Shown here one piece after another: positions 17,465 to 28,798 of a stretch of 64,000 bases of DNA (the stretch's first letter is position 1; the number at the start of each line of letters is the position of its first letter). Location: contig JBDTZG010000004.1 in the NCBI GenBank assembly GCA_040005235.1, forward strand, positions 32,001 to 96,000, given 5' to 3'. The translations under genes and the position numbers were made by a program. This stretch comes from Acidobacteriota bacterium. GTDB lineage: Bacteria; Acidobacteriota; Thermoanaerobaculia; Multivoradales; UBA5704. Under the pieces are notes generated by a model. The model was given only the letters and a program-made list of their open reading frames with translations. It ran no database searches and was not told the DNA's origin.

Positions 17465-20440
17465 ATGCACCCTCGTGCGCTGTTCGCCGCCCTTTCCGCT
17501 GCCTTGAACCGTAGCTGTAGGCCGGTCCCACGAACGGCTGTGTCGATCCGCTCGCGATACGGCGCTTTCCTAGCATTCTTTTTCCTGGCAGCTGTTCCGG
17601 CCTTGCCGCAGGGCCATGCACAAGTCGAGTTCCTCACCTACCTGCCTCACACCGAAGCGAAGCTATCCGCACTGGTCAGCGGAATGCTGAGCGACAGAGA
17701 GGTCGAGGTGAACGTGTCACCTCTCCTAGATGGGAGCCATCGCCCGTTTCACCTCCAACTCCCTAATGGGGAGCAGTACCTGGTAACCGGTGCGCGTGAG
17801 GCTCTCAAGAATTCAAGGATATATACTTGGCAGGGGACTCTCTTGGTTTCCGGTGAGCGCGTAGGTCAAATCGTGATCAGCGTTCAGAACGGAGCCATCG
17901 CCGGGAAGATCTACACCAAAGAGGTGACTTACGTACTGTCTCCGCTCGGAAATGGCAGGGCAATCCTTTCACAACTCGACGATCCCGAGCCCTTGCCCTG
18001 TGGCGTCTCTCCTGAGGACGTCGTAATTGTTCGAGAGGGCAGTGACGGGGTCGCCTCAAGCCCTCCCTCGGTTTCTCCCTATGCTGAGGACGGCTCCATC
18101 ATTGACGTGCTCGTGTTCTACACGGCACAGGCACGCGAGATCGCTGGCGGGCGCGACAACGTCGAGTCCACTATCCTGATGGCTGTCAGCGACGCAAATC
18201 TCGCTTTCCAAAACAGCGAAGTCAGTACCCGTTTTAACCCGGTCGGCGTTCAAGAGATCGAGTACGAGGAGACCAGGAGCAGCGAAAGCGATTTGAATTG
18301 GCTAACGAACGACGACACCGTAGCTCAAATCCGGAACGAGCTTGCTGCCGACTTGGTTGGTATGGTGGTGTCCGTTATCGACGGCGATGGAGGGAGAGCG
18401 CGCATCATGGGACCCAACGACGTGGGCACCGGCTTTGCGCCCTATGCTTTCCAGGTCTCCGCCTGGAGTGGCCTGAATTTTCAAATTTTGGCTCATGAGT
18501 TCGGCCATTCTATGGGTGCCACTCATAATGTCGAGGTACCGGGTAGTGGTACTCCAGCTTTTCCTTACGGCCACGGTCATTACGTGGATGGCTCATTCCG
18601 GACCATCATGTCCTACCCAAACCTGGTTTATTGCCCGCACTCTTGCCCTGTGGTCCCGCATTTCTCTAATCCCGCGGTCGAAATAAATGGCGATCCGACC
18701 GGAGTGGCAGAGGAGCAGGATAACCACCGGGTTCTGAACCAGACGGCGGTCTATGTAGCGAACTTCCGAGTGCCTCTGCCCCGAACCCCGGAAAATGTTC
18801 AGGCATCGGACGGCACCTACATGGATCGCGTCCGAACCACGTGGAACTCTGTCGACAGGGCGGAGTTTTACGCGCTCTATCGCTCTGCCTCCACAACCGG
18901 CCCGAAGACGGCTATTGCGAGTTCCTTAGCTTTGACAAGCTTCGATGATACCTCGGCAATCGCGGGTACGACCTACTATTATTGGGTCAAGGCATCGAAC
19001 TCGGCTGGCTCAAGCAACCTCAGTCCCTACAACACTGGCTATCGCGCGGCGGCTCCTCCAGCGGCGCCGACGGGAGTTTCGGCAACGGATGGTGCTTACA
19101 CAGACCGCGTGCGGATCACCTGGAGCACGGTGTCCGGAACGACTTACTCCGTTTTCCGCGCGACCTCGACAAGCGGCGCTAAAACGTCCATCGCGACCTC
19201 CTTAACATCAACAAACTTCGATGACGCCTCGGTAATCGGGGGCACGACCTACTATTATTGGGTCAAGGCTTCGAACTCATCCGGTTCGAGTGACTTCAGT
19301 TCCTACAACACTGGCTATAGCGCGGTTGCTCCTCCAGCGGCACCTGCGGGGGTTTCGGCCACTGATGGCACCTACACAGACCGCGTGCGGATCACCTGGA
19401 ACGCGGTGTCCGGGGCGACGTACTCCGTCTTCCGAGCGACGTCGACAAGCGGCACCAAGACGACCCTCGCGACCTCCTTGACTGCGACCAGCTTGGATGA
19501 CACCTCGGCGGTCGCTGGCCAGACCTATTATTACTGGGTCAAAGCGATGAACTCATCCAGCTCGAGCGATTTCAGCTCCTACAACACCGGCTATCGCGCG
19601 GTTGCTCCCCCAGAGGCCCCGACGGGGGTTTCGGCTACTGACGGCACCTACACAGACCGTGTGTGGATCACCTGGAACGCGGTGTCTGGAGCCACGACGT
19701 ATTCCGTCTTCCGAGCCACGTCAACAAGCGGCGCCAAGACAACCATTGCAACCTCCTTAACGTCGGCCAGCTTCGATGACACCTCGGGAGCCGCGGGTAC
19801 GACCTATTATTACTGGGTCAAGGCATTGAATTCATCCGGCTCAAGCGACTTCAGTTCCTACAACGCTGGCTACCGTGCGGCTGCCCCTCCAGCGGCACCG
19901 ACGGGGGTTTCGGCAACAGATGGCTCGTACACAGACCGCGTGCGGATCACCTGGAACACGGTGTCTGGGGCGACTTATTTCGTCTACCGAGCGACCTCGA
20001 CAAGCGGCACCAAGACGACCATCGAAAACTCCTTAACTTCGACAAGTTTCGATGACACCTCGGCAGTCGCGGGTACGATCTACTATTATTGGGTCAAGGC
20101 ATCGAGTTCATCTGGCTCAAGTGACTTCAGTTCCTACAACACTGGCTATCGCGCGGTTGCTCCCCCAGTGGCACCGACTGGAGTTTCCGCAACCGATGGC
20201 ACTTACACAGACCGTGTGCGGATCACCTGGAACGCGGTCTCCGGAGCCTCCGGATACGTGGTTTATCGAGCGACATCAACGAGCGGGACCAAGACTGTCT
20301 TGGCATACTCATTGGCATTCACGAGCTTCGATGACACCTCGGCGATCGCGGGCACAACCTACTACTACTGGGTCAAGGCATCGAACTCATCCGGCTCAAG
20401 TGACTTAAGTTCTTACAACACCGGCTATCGGAGGAGATAG
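17465..20440 (+). CDS. Secreted M12 (reprolysin-like) metallopeptidase with six tandem FN3-like repeats
   Basis: HEFGHSMGATH metzincin motif and Met-turn RTIMSY; six ~92-aa repeats (P.GVSATDG.YTDRVRITW...YYYWVKA). Confidence 0.9.
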   Translation: MHPRALFAALSAALNRSCRPVPRTAVSIRSRYGAFLAFFFLAAVPALPQGHAQVEFLTYLPHTEAKLSALVSGMLSDREVEVNVSPLLDGSHRPFHLQLPNGEQYLVTGAREALKNSRIYTWQGTLLVSGERVGQIVISVQNGAIAGKIYTKEVTYVLSPLGNGRAILSQLDDPEPLPCGVSPEDVVIVREGSDGVASSPPSVSPYAEDGSIIDVLVFYTAQAREIAGGRDNVESTILMAVSDANLAFQNSEVSTRFNPVGVQEIEYEETRSSESDLNWLTNDDTVAQIRNELAADLVGMVVSVIDGDGGRARIMGPNDVGTGFAPYAFQVSAWSGLNFQILAHEFGHSMGATHNVEVPGSGTPAFPYGHGHYVDGSFRTIMSYPNLVYCPHSCPVVPHFSNPAVEINGDPTGVAEEQDNHRVLNQTAVYVANFRVPLPRTPENVQASDGTYMDRVRTTWNSVDRAEFYALYRSASTTGPKTAIASSLALTSFDDTSAIAGTTYYYWVKASNSAGSSNLSPYNTGYRAAAPPAAPTGVSATDGAYTDRVRITWSTVSGTTYSVFRATSTSGAKTSIATSLTSTNFDDASVIGGTTYYYWVKASNSSGSSDFSSYNTGYSAVAPPAAPAGVSATDGTYTDRVRITWNAVSGATYSVFRATSTSGTKTTLATSLTATSLDDTSAVAGQTYYYWVKAMNSSSSSDFSSYNTGYRAVAPPEAPTGVSATDGTYTDRVWITWNAVSGATTYSVFRATSTSGAKTTIATSLTSASFDDTSGAAGTTYYYWVKALNSSGSSDFSSYNAGYRAAAPPAAPTGVSATDGSYTDRVRITWNTVSGATYFVYRATSTSGTKTTIENSLTSTSFDDTSAVAGTIYYYWVKASSSSGSSDFSSYNTGYRAVAPPVAPTGVSATDGTYTDRVRITWNAVSGASGYVVYRATSTSGTKTVLAYSLAFTSFDDTSAIAGTTYYYWVKASNSSGSSDLSSYNTGYRRR
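18775..20430 (+). repeat. Six intragenic ~276-279 bp tandem repeats
   Basis: Repeat starts near 18775, 19055, 19331, 19607, 19885 and 20161. Confidence 0.9.
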
Positions 20441-20494
20441 CTGCAGATAGCATCTTCAGGAGTAACGGGGCTCTAGCAGGGTGTCCCCTTATAG

Positions 20495-20932
20495 GTGCCA
20501 TGCGGACCTTCGCTTGGAGTGTTTTTTACTGTAAACGAGTTTGTGCTTATGCCGTTCGCCAAAGTTTTTGAGGACGTGTACCAACTTGGTGTCCGAGCCG
20601 CCTGCGTCGAAGTCGATGTCGACTGTCAGAGAGTAGACGAGCAGATTTTTCAAGAAACTATACTTGAGCGCATTGTCAGCCAGGTACGCCTGGCAGACCT
20701 AATAATCGCCTATGTTCGGCTTGCGGGCGGCGAAGAGCGCAATACAGCATTCCTAGAGAAAGTACGCGCTATGCCAATGGTAGAAAAGCAGAGTCGATTC
20801 ATTATTAGCGACGACAAGCAGGTATCTAGAATAAAGATCTGGAGTTACGAAGCACTAGACGCAGCGAAATTGCACGGCATTGCTAAGAACACAGATGCTG
20901 AGATAGTCGAGGTAGAGGTTGCGCCCGACTAG
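20495..20932 (+). pseudogene. Truncated or chimeric nucleoside 2-deoxyribosyltransferase-like (SLOG/TIR-like) ORF
   Basis: FVLMPF...FEDVY..GVRAAC.......RVDEQ.F...ILERI..Q...ADLIIA, then unrelated sequence; lower GC. Confidence 0.5.
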
Positions 20933-20984
20933 CTTCGACGGTGCTTTCGTTAGTGATTTTCTTGCACATATTCCGCTACTGGTG

Positions 20985-21833
20985 TTACCTATGGTCCCGG
21001 TCTGAAGTATTACCTATGAACCCAGTCTGTACCGTACCAAACCCAACCCCCACCCGCCCCACCTCCCCTTTTTCAACCGTAACCACCGCTTCCCTCACCC
21101 CCAGCGTCTCGTGCCAGACCCCGACCGTATAGGTCCCCGGCGGCACATCCCCAATCGAAAACTTCCCATCCGGTCCCGTCACCGCGAAATACGGGTGATC
21201 CAGCACTCCCACGTAAGCGGTCATCCAGGGGTGGACGTTGCAGTGGAGGGTGACCATGACCTCCGGTTTTTCGAAGGTCTTCTCGAAGCTCATTCCGGCT
21301 TGGGGGAGGCCTCGGTTGAATTGGGGGTTGGCTTGCGTCTGGGCGAAGACGTTGTGGATGGTCGGGTCGCTGTTTTTGAAGAGGAGGGTTTGGCCGGCGC
21401 GGAGGCCGAGGATGTGAGGGCGGTAGGCGCAGCCGTTCTGGTCGATTTCGGCATTTTCGGTGGGGGTTGGGTAGGTGCGGGGCGCCAGGCCGGCTTTGAT
21501 GTAGACGAAGACGTTGCCGAGGTGGCCGGCTCCGTCTCCCACGATTTTTTCGGTTTCTAAGGGTCCGGTGTGGAGCTTGGCGCAGGTGGGGTCGGCGGAG
21601 AGGGGGACCGCGACATCCGGGTCCGGGCCGTTGTAGGTGATTTGCCCTTCGATGCGACCGGCGTCGGCGGGGGGGAAGGGGGCGGTTGGTGCGGAGGCTG
21701 TTGGGGTTGGCTTGGAGTCCGGTGGCGGGGAGCCGCAGGCGAATAGGAGAGACAGGCCTAGGGGGCCGAGGAGGATGATGGCGAGGGTGGTGGCCTGGGC
21801 GAGGTGTTGGAGGGTGAGGCGGCGGTGGGGCAT
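20985..21833 (-). CDS. Lipoprotein with cupredoxin-like and carboxypeptidase-regulatory-like domains
   Basis: LFAC lipobox; DQNGC.Y.P, NSDPTIHNV, CNVHPWM, HPYFAVT..DG.F.I.DVPPGTY...WHE. Confidence 0.8.
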   Translation of the reverse strand: MPHRRLTLQHLAQATTLAIILLGPLGLSLLFACGSPPPDSKPTPTASAPTAPFPPADAGRIEGQITYNGPDPDVAVPLSADPTCAKLHTGPLETEKIVGDGAGHLGNVFVYIKAGLAPRTYPTPTENAEIDQNGCAYRPHILGLRAGQTLLFKNSDPTIHNVFAQTQANPQFNRGLPQAGMSFEKTFEKPEVMVTLHCNVHPWMTAYVGVLDHPYFAVTGPDGKFSIGDVPPGTYTVGVWHETLGVREAVVTVEKGEVGRVGVGFGTVQTGFIGNTSDRDHR

Positions 21834-21881
21834 GGGGTGGGGTCTCCTGGAGCCCGCTGGTGTTTGGCAGCGGGTGCTTTT

Positions 21882-21979
21882 CCTGGGCTCGCCAGGCTCC
21901 AGCCTGGCGTTTTTCGCAGTTTGGGAATGGCCCGGTGGCTCGAACCCAAGGCGTCAGGCTGGAGCCTGGCGAGCCCAGG
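21882..21979. repeat. REP-like inverted doublet
   Basis: CCTGGGCTCGCCAGGCTCCAGCCTGGC ... GTCAGGCTGGAGCCTGGCGAGCCCAGG. Confidence 0.7.
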
Positions 21980-22242
21980 CGGGTAGTTGTGGCGGTTCCC
22001 CTTTTGGGGTGTCATTATAGGTGGCACAGTGCCGACCTTAGGTCCGGTTTTATAGAGTTGACGCCCGGCAAAGGCGTTGCAGGAGAGGCGGAAGCCGGCG
22101 CCTTGCGGGAATCGGATTCGTGCTGCTAGGATGCTTGTGACGAATTTCACAAGGCCCAGCCACCGAGCATGACCCTGGGAGGGGGGGTGCTCACTTGCGG
22201 CTGGGCTTTGAGCTGGGTACCGCCGTAGCCCCGGGGGACGAG

Positions 22243-22893
22243 ATGGCGCAGATCTTCCACCGCAGCACGAACACGATCGCCAAAGTGAGCCTCTTTGGGG
22301 GAGTGATCTTCGTGGGCCTGTTCTTCTGGGTCTATTCGAGTCTCCTCGATTCCGGTTACGGCACGCAGCAGGGGGTCGTCCGGGAGCAGCCCGTGCCGTT
22401 CAGTCACGAGCACCACGTGGCCGGGCTGGGGCTCGACTGTCGGTATTGCCACTTCTCGGTCGAGAAATCGGCGAACGCGGGCATTCCTCCCACCCAGGTC
22501 TGCATGAATTGCCATCGATACATCTGGACCAACGCCGAGCTGCTCGCCCCGGTGCGCGAGAGCTTCGCCAAGAACCAGCCGCTGCGGTGGACCAAGGTGC
22601 ACGACCTGCCCGACTACGTCTACTTCAATCACAGCATCCACGTCGCCAAAGGGATCGGCTGCGCCTCGTGCCACGGCCGGGTCGATCAGATGGCGCTGAT
22701 GCGGCAGAACGCGCCGCTCACCATGTCGTGGTGCGTCGATTGCCACCGCAACCCGGAAAAGAACATCCGCCCGCGCTCCGAGGTCTTCAACATGGCCTGG
22801 GTTCGGCCGCCGCATTTCGGCGCGGAGGCGGCGAAGCTGATCCAGGAATACGACGTCAAGCCTCAGACGACCTGCTCGACCTGCCATCGGTAA
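22243..22893 (+). CDS. actA: Alternative complex III pentaheme cytochrome c
   Basis: Five CxxCH motifs; MAQIFH start; QPVPFSHEHH. Confidence 0.93.
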   Translation: MAQIFHRSTNTIAKVSLFGGVIFVGLFFWVYSSLLDSGYGTQQGVVREQPVPFSHEHHVAGLGLDCRYCHFSVEKSANAGIPPTQVCMNCHRYIWTNAELLAPVRESFAKNQPLRWTKVHDLPDYVYFNHSIHVAKGIGCASCHGRVDQMALMRQNAPLTMSWCVDCHRNPEKNIRPRSEVFNMAWVRPPHFGAEAAKLIQEYDVKPQTTCSTCHR

Positions 22894-22914
22894 GGTCGGA
22901 GAGGAACTTTCGAC

Positions 22915-25900
22915 GTGAGAGACGAGATCCTTAGCGCTATGGAACTTCCAGACGGTCTGCCCGCCTTAAGCGAGGCGCCGATTCCCGGCCTTGGGCCGGA
23001 GCCCGCGGCTTCCGGGCCGATCGATTTGGCGGCGGTTCGAGAGCATCTGGGTGCCCAAGACCGGCAGGGCGCGCCGCTCTGGCGGAGCCTCGACGAGTTG
23101 GCCGCGACGCCGACGTTTCAAGACTGGCTGCACCGCGAATTTCCGCGCCAGGCCTCGGAATGGCTGGAGAATCCGGCGGACGGTCTCTCCCGGCGCAATT
23201 TTCTCCAGCTGTCCGGCGCGTCGTTGGCGCTCGCCGGTCTTGCCGGATGTACCAAGCAGCCGGTCGAAAAAGTCGTGCCTTACGTCAACATGCCGGAGGG
23301 GATGATTCCCGGCCGGCCGATGTACTTCGCGACCACGATCACCCAGGGGGGCTACGGCGTCGGCGTGATCGCCGAGAGCCACGAGGGCCGGCCGACCAAG
23401 CTCGAAGGCAACGCCGATCACCCTTCGAGCCTCGGCTCGACCGATGCCCGCACCCAGGCGGCGATCATCGGTCTGTACGACCCGGCCCGGTCGACCACCA
23501 TCCGCTACATCCAGCAGACGCGGAGCTGGAGCGATTTCACCGGCGCGATCGTGGCTGAAATCCGGGCGCTCGAAGCGCTCCAGGGCGAGGGGCTGCGGTT
23601 CATTTCGGGCGCCACCACCTCGCCGACGTTCGCCACCCAGATGACCGCGATCCTCGCCCGCTTCCCGCAGGCCAAGTGGCATCGCTGGGAACCGGCCGCC
23701 CCGCATGCGGCCCGGGCGGCGGCGATCGCGTCTTTCGGCAGTCCGCAAGAGACGGTCTACGACTTTACGAAAGCGAAAGTCGTCCTTTCGCTGGGCGCCG
23801 ATTTCCTGACCCAGGGTCCCTCGAGCATCCGCTACGCGCGCGATTTTTCCCAAGGTCGCCGGCCGCGCAGCGAACGGCTCGAAATGAACCGCTACTACGC
23901 GGTCGAGAGCTCGCCGACCGCCAGCTCGACGATCGCCGACCACCGGATGATCCTGGCCCCGGCGGAGCTTGAAGCGTTCGCGCTCGGCGTCGCTGCGGGA
24001 GTGGGAGCGGCGGGGGTTTCCGCGGCCACGGTGCCCGACAAGGCGAAAGCCTTCCTCGATGCGGCGGTCGCCGACTTGAAGGCCAACGCCGGGGCGAGCG
24101 CGGTGATCGCCGACCCTTACGGCTCGGTCGAAATGCAGGTCTTGGCGCATGTGATCAACTTGGGCCTGGGAAACGTCGGGCAAACCGTCTCCTACCCGCC
24201 CGTCCTCGAAGTCGATCCGATCGATCACGTGGCCTCGATCGTCGAGCTGGGCCGCGACCTCGCCGCGGGCAGAGTCGAGATGCTCGTGGTGCTCGGCTCG
24301 AACCCGGTCTATGACGCTCCCGCCGAGCTCAAATTCGGCGAGGCGATCAAGAAGGCGAAGAGCCGCGTTCATTGGGGTCTTCACGACGACGAGACCGGCG
24401 AGCTGTGCCAGTGGCACATCACCGGCACCCACGAGCTGGAGAGCTGGGGCGACGCGCTCGCTCACGACGGGACGGCTTCGCTGATCCAGCCGCTGGTCGA
24501 GCCGCTCTATGGCGGCAAGTCGGCCATCGAGTTCCTCGGCGTGTTCCAAGACAAGCTCGAAGCCTCGGGGTACGACCTGGTGCATGAGACCTGGGCCGCG
24601 CGGCTTGGCGGCGCGGGCGATCCGGAAAAGGCCTTTCGCAAGGCGATCCACGATGGTGTGATTCCGCCGACTGCGACCACCGCGACCCCTGCCGGAAGCT
24701 CCGGGGCTTTTTCGGCCGCCGCGGCGGGCACTGCGGCCCAGGCGATCGCCGGCCGGGCTGCCGGAACGCCCGGAGGGAAAGCCTCCGCGAGCGCGCTGCC
24801 GCTCCTGTTCCGGCCCGATCCGACGCTTGGGGACGGCAGCCTCGCCACCAACGCTTGGCTTCAGGAGCTGCCGAAGCCGATCACCAAGCTGGTCTGGGAC
24901 AACGGTCTGATCGTCTCGCCCAGGACCGCGCAGGATCTTGGGCTCGCGATGGAAGGCAAGGCCGAGATCGACCTGGCCGGCCGCAAGCTCGAAGTGGGCG
25001 TCTGGGTCCAGCCGGGGCACGCCGACGGTTGCGCGACTCTTCATTTAGGTCACGGCCGGTGGACCGCCGGACCGCTCGGCAGCGGCCACGGATTCAACGC
25101 CTACAAGCTGCGCGGCAGCGATTCGCTTGGGTCCGCGGTCGTGGCGGTCAAGCCGTTGCCCGGCCGTTATGTGTTCGCCAACACCCAGAACCATCACCTG
25201 CTCGAAAGCGGCGCCGACGAGTACAAGACGGCGACCGAAGAGGTGAAGATCCGCCAGCCGGTCAAGGCTCTCACGCTGGCCGAATTCGCGGCGATGCATG
25301 CCGGCGATCACGTCGGGAAGAAGGAAGGCGGGCACGGCGGCGAAGAAGAGAAGCCCGCGACGCTCTTCCCGCAGACTTGGGAATACAACGGTCACGCCTG
25401 GGGGATGTCGATCGACCTTTCGGCCTGCACCGGTTGCGTCGCTTGCGTGATCGCCTGCCAGGCGGAGAACAACATCCCGATCGTCGGCAAGGAACAGGTG
25501 ATCAAGGGGCGCGAGATGCACTGGATCCGGATCGACCGCTACTTCGCGGGCGACCTCGACGATCCGCAGCTGATGAACCAGCCGGTCCCCTGCATGCAGT
25601 GCGAGCAGGCGCCGTGCGAGGTGGTCTGTCCGGTCGCGGCGACGGTGCACAGCGAAGAGGGCCTGAACGACATGGTCTACAACCGCTGCGTCGGCACCCG
25701 CTACTGCTCGAACAACTGCCCGTACAAGGTGCGCCGCTTCAACTTCCTGCGCTACTCGAATCACGACGTGCCGGTGCTCAAGCTGGCGATGAACCCCGAC
25801 GTCACGGTGCGCATGCGCGGCGTGATGGAAAAATGCACCTACTGCGTCCAGCGCATTCACGAGGTGCGGATCGACGCCCGGGTCGCCCAGCGGCCGATCA

Positions 25901-26115
25901 AGCCGGGCGAGATCGTCACCGCCTGCCAGCAGGCCTGCCCGACCGAGGCGATCGTCTTCGGCGATCAGAACGATCCGGCCTGGGCGGTCACGCGGGAAAA
26001 AGCCCAGCCGAGCGGGTACACCCTGCTCGAAGAGCTGAACACCCGGCCGCGCACCACCTATCTGGCCAAGATCACCAACCCCAACCCGCAGCTTTCGAGC
26101 GCGGAGAGGAGCTGA
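22915..26115 (+). CDS. actB: ACIII molybdopterin oxidoreductase-like / Fe-S subunit
   Basis: WRSLDEL, Tat-like SRRNFL, EGRPTKLEGN, C-terminal Fe-S motifs (CTGCVAC, CMQCEQAPC, CVGTRYC). Confidence 0.95.
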   Translation: MRDEILSAMELPDGLPALSEAPIPGLGPEPAASGPIDLAAVREHLGAQDRQGAPLWRSLDELAATPTFQDWLHREFPRQASEWLENPADGLSRRNFLQLSGASLALAGLAGCTKQPVEKVVPYVNMPEGMIPGRPMYFATTITQGGYGVGVIAESHEGRPTKLEGNADHPSSLGSTDARTQAAIIGLYDPARSTTIRYIQQTRSWSDFTGAIVAEIRALEALQGEGLRFISGATTSPTFATQMTAILARFPQAKWHRWEPAAPHAARAAAIASFGSPQETVYDFTKAKVVLSLGADFLTQGPSSIRYARDFSQGRRPRSERLEMNRYYAVESSPTASSTIADHRMILAPAELEAFALGVAAGVGAAGVSAATVPDKAKAFLDAAVADLKANAGASAVIADPYGSVEMQVLAHVINLGLGNVGQTVSYPPVLEVDPIDHVASIVELGRDLAAGRVEMLVVLGSNPVYDAPAELKFGEAIKKAKSRVHWGLHDDETGELCQWHITGTHELESWGDALAHDGTASLIQPLVEPLYGGKSAIEFLGVFQDKLEASGYDLVHETWAARLGGAGDPEKAFRKAIHDGVIPPTATTATPAGSSGAFSAAAAGTAAQAIAGRAAGTPGGKASASALPLLFRPDPTLGDGSLATNAWLQELPKPITKLVWDNGLIVSPRTAQDLGLAMEGKAEIDLAGRKLEVGVWVQPGHADGCATLHLGHGRWTAGPLGSGHGFNAYKLRGSDSLGSAVVAVKPLPGRYVFANTQNHHLLESGADEYKTATEEVKIRQPVKALTLAEFAAMHAGDHVGKKEGGHGGEEEKPATLFPQTWEYNGHAWGMSIDLSACTGCVACVIACQAENNIPIVGKEQVIKGREMHWIRIDRYFAGDLDDPQLMNQPVPCMQCEQAPCEVVCPVAATVHSEEGLNDMVYNRCVGTRYCSNNCPYKVRRFNFLRYSNHDVPVLKLAMNPDVTVRMRGVMEKCTYCVQRIHEVRIDARVAQRPIKPGEIVTACQQACPTEAIVFGDQNDPAWAVTREKAQPSGYTLLEELNTRPRTTYLAKITNPNPQLSSAERS

Positions 26116-26118
26116 GGC

Positions 26119-27527
<1,409 letters not shown>

Positions 27528-27531
<4 letters not shown>

Positions 27532-28085
27532 GCGCTTCCGTCGCCGGCCCTCCCGTCGGTCCGTGGGGCCTGATGGCCGAGTTCCCGGACCCGAAAAGCT
27601 TGGCCCAAGCAGCGCGCCGGACCCACGACGCCGGATATCGCAGAGTCGAGGCCTATACGCCCTTTCCAGTCGAAGAGGTGATGGAGGCGCTCGACCATCA
27701 CCATTCGAAGGTGCCTCTGATGGTGCTGATCGGCGGCATCCTGGGCGGCCTCGGCGGCTTCGGCCTGCAGATGTGGACCAACCTTTCGGCCTATCCGATG
27801 AACATCGGCGGCCGGCCGCTGATCAGCTGGCCGGCGTTCATCATTCCGACGTTCGAATGCACGATCCTCGGAGCCTGCCTCTCCGCGGTGATCGGGATGT
27901 TCGCGTTGAACGGCTTGCCGATGCCCTACCACCCGGTGTTCAACGTGCCGCGGTTCTCCGAGCGCGCTTCGACCGACGGCTATTTCCTGGTCATCGAAGC
28001 GGCCGACCCGAAGTTCGATCGCAGCGGCACGGAGATCTTCCTTCAGGACCTGAATCCCAGCGAGGTGTCCGAGGTTGAGCCCTAA
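27528..28085 (+). CDS. actD: ACIII subunit (DUF3341)
   Basis: MAEF, EAYTPFPV, YPMNIGGRP..SWPAF. Confidence 0.92.
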
Positions 28086-28089
28086 ACCG

Positions 28090-28797
28090 ATGAGCACCCC
28101 GAGGGTTTCCCCGGCCGCGCAGGCCGGCCGAGTCGCGAGGTTCACCACCCTGGCGGCCGGCCTGTTGCTTCTGCCGCCGCTGGCCGGCTGCCGCCAGAAC
28201 ATGCACGACCAGGCCAAGGCGAAGACCTACCGCGAGAGCGACTTCTTCGCCGACGGCGTCGAAGCGCGGCCGCTGCCGGCGCACACCGTGGCGCGCGGGC
28301 AATTGCGCGACGACGCCGTGTTCTATACCGGCCTTTCGGACGAGGGAGAACTCGCGACCGTGCCGCCGATGCCCGTGGGTCGCGACCTGCTGGTCCGCGG
28401 CCAGGAGCGGTTCAACGTCTATTGCTCGCCCTGCCACGGCCGGTTGGGCGACGGCCACGGCATGATCGTCCAGCGCGGATTCAAGCAGCCGGTGTCGTTT
28501 CACGACGAACGGCTGCGCAATTCGCCGCTCGGCTACTTCGTCAACAACATGACCGAGGGCTTCGGCCAGATGCCGAGCTACGCGGCGCAGATTCCACCGG
28601 CCGACCGCTGGGCGATCGCCTCCTATATTCGGGTTCTCCAGTACGCCGAAAACGCACAGGTCGCGGATCTCGACCCGGCGGAAAAGCAGAAGCTCGACGA
28701 AGCTTGGAAGGCGCTCGAAGCGGCGCAGGCTCCGAAGCAGGGCGCTGAGCCCGGTTCGGAGCATGAGGCGACCGAAGGCGAAGGGAGCGCACACTGA
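28090..28797 (+). CDS. actE: ACIII monoheme cytochrome c lipoprotein
   Basis: LAGC lipobox, MHDQ, CSPCHG, MPSY, DRWAI. Confidence 0.92.
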   Translation: MSTPRVSPAAQAGRVARFTTLAAGLLLLPPLAGCRQNMHDQAKAKTYRESDFFADGVEARPLPAHTVARGQLRDDAVFYTGLSDEGELATVPPMPVGRDLLVRGQERFNVYCSPCHGRLGDGHGMIVQRGFKQPVSFHDERLRNSPLGYFVNNMTEGFGQMPSYAAQIPPADRWAIASYIRVLQYAENAQVADLDPAEKQKLDEAWKALEAAQAPKQGAEPGSEHEATEGEGSAH

Positions 28798-28798
28798 C

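Noticed and set aside
16643-20440. Diversity-generating retroelement (RT next to a repeat-containing gene)
   Set aside because: The RT is an intron maturase lacking YADD, and repeat differences are not adenine-specific TR/VR changes.
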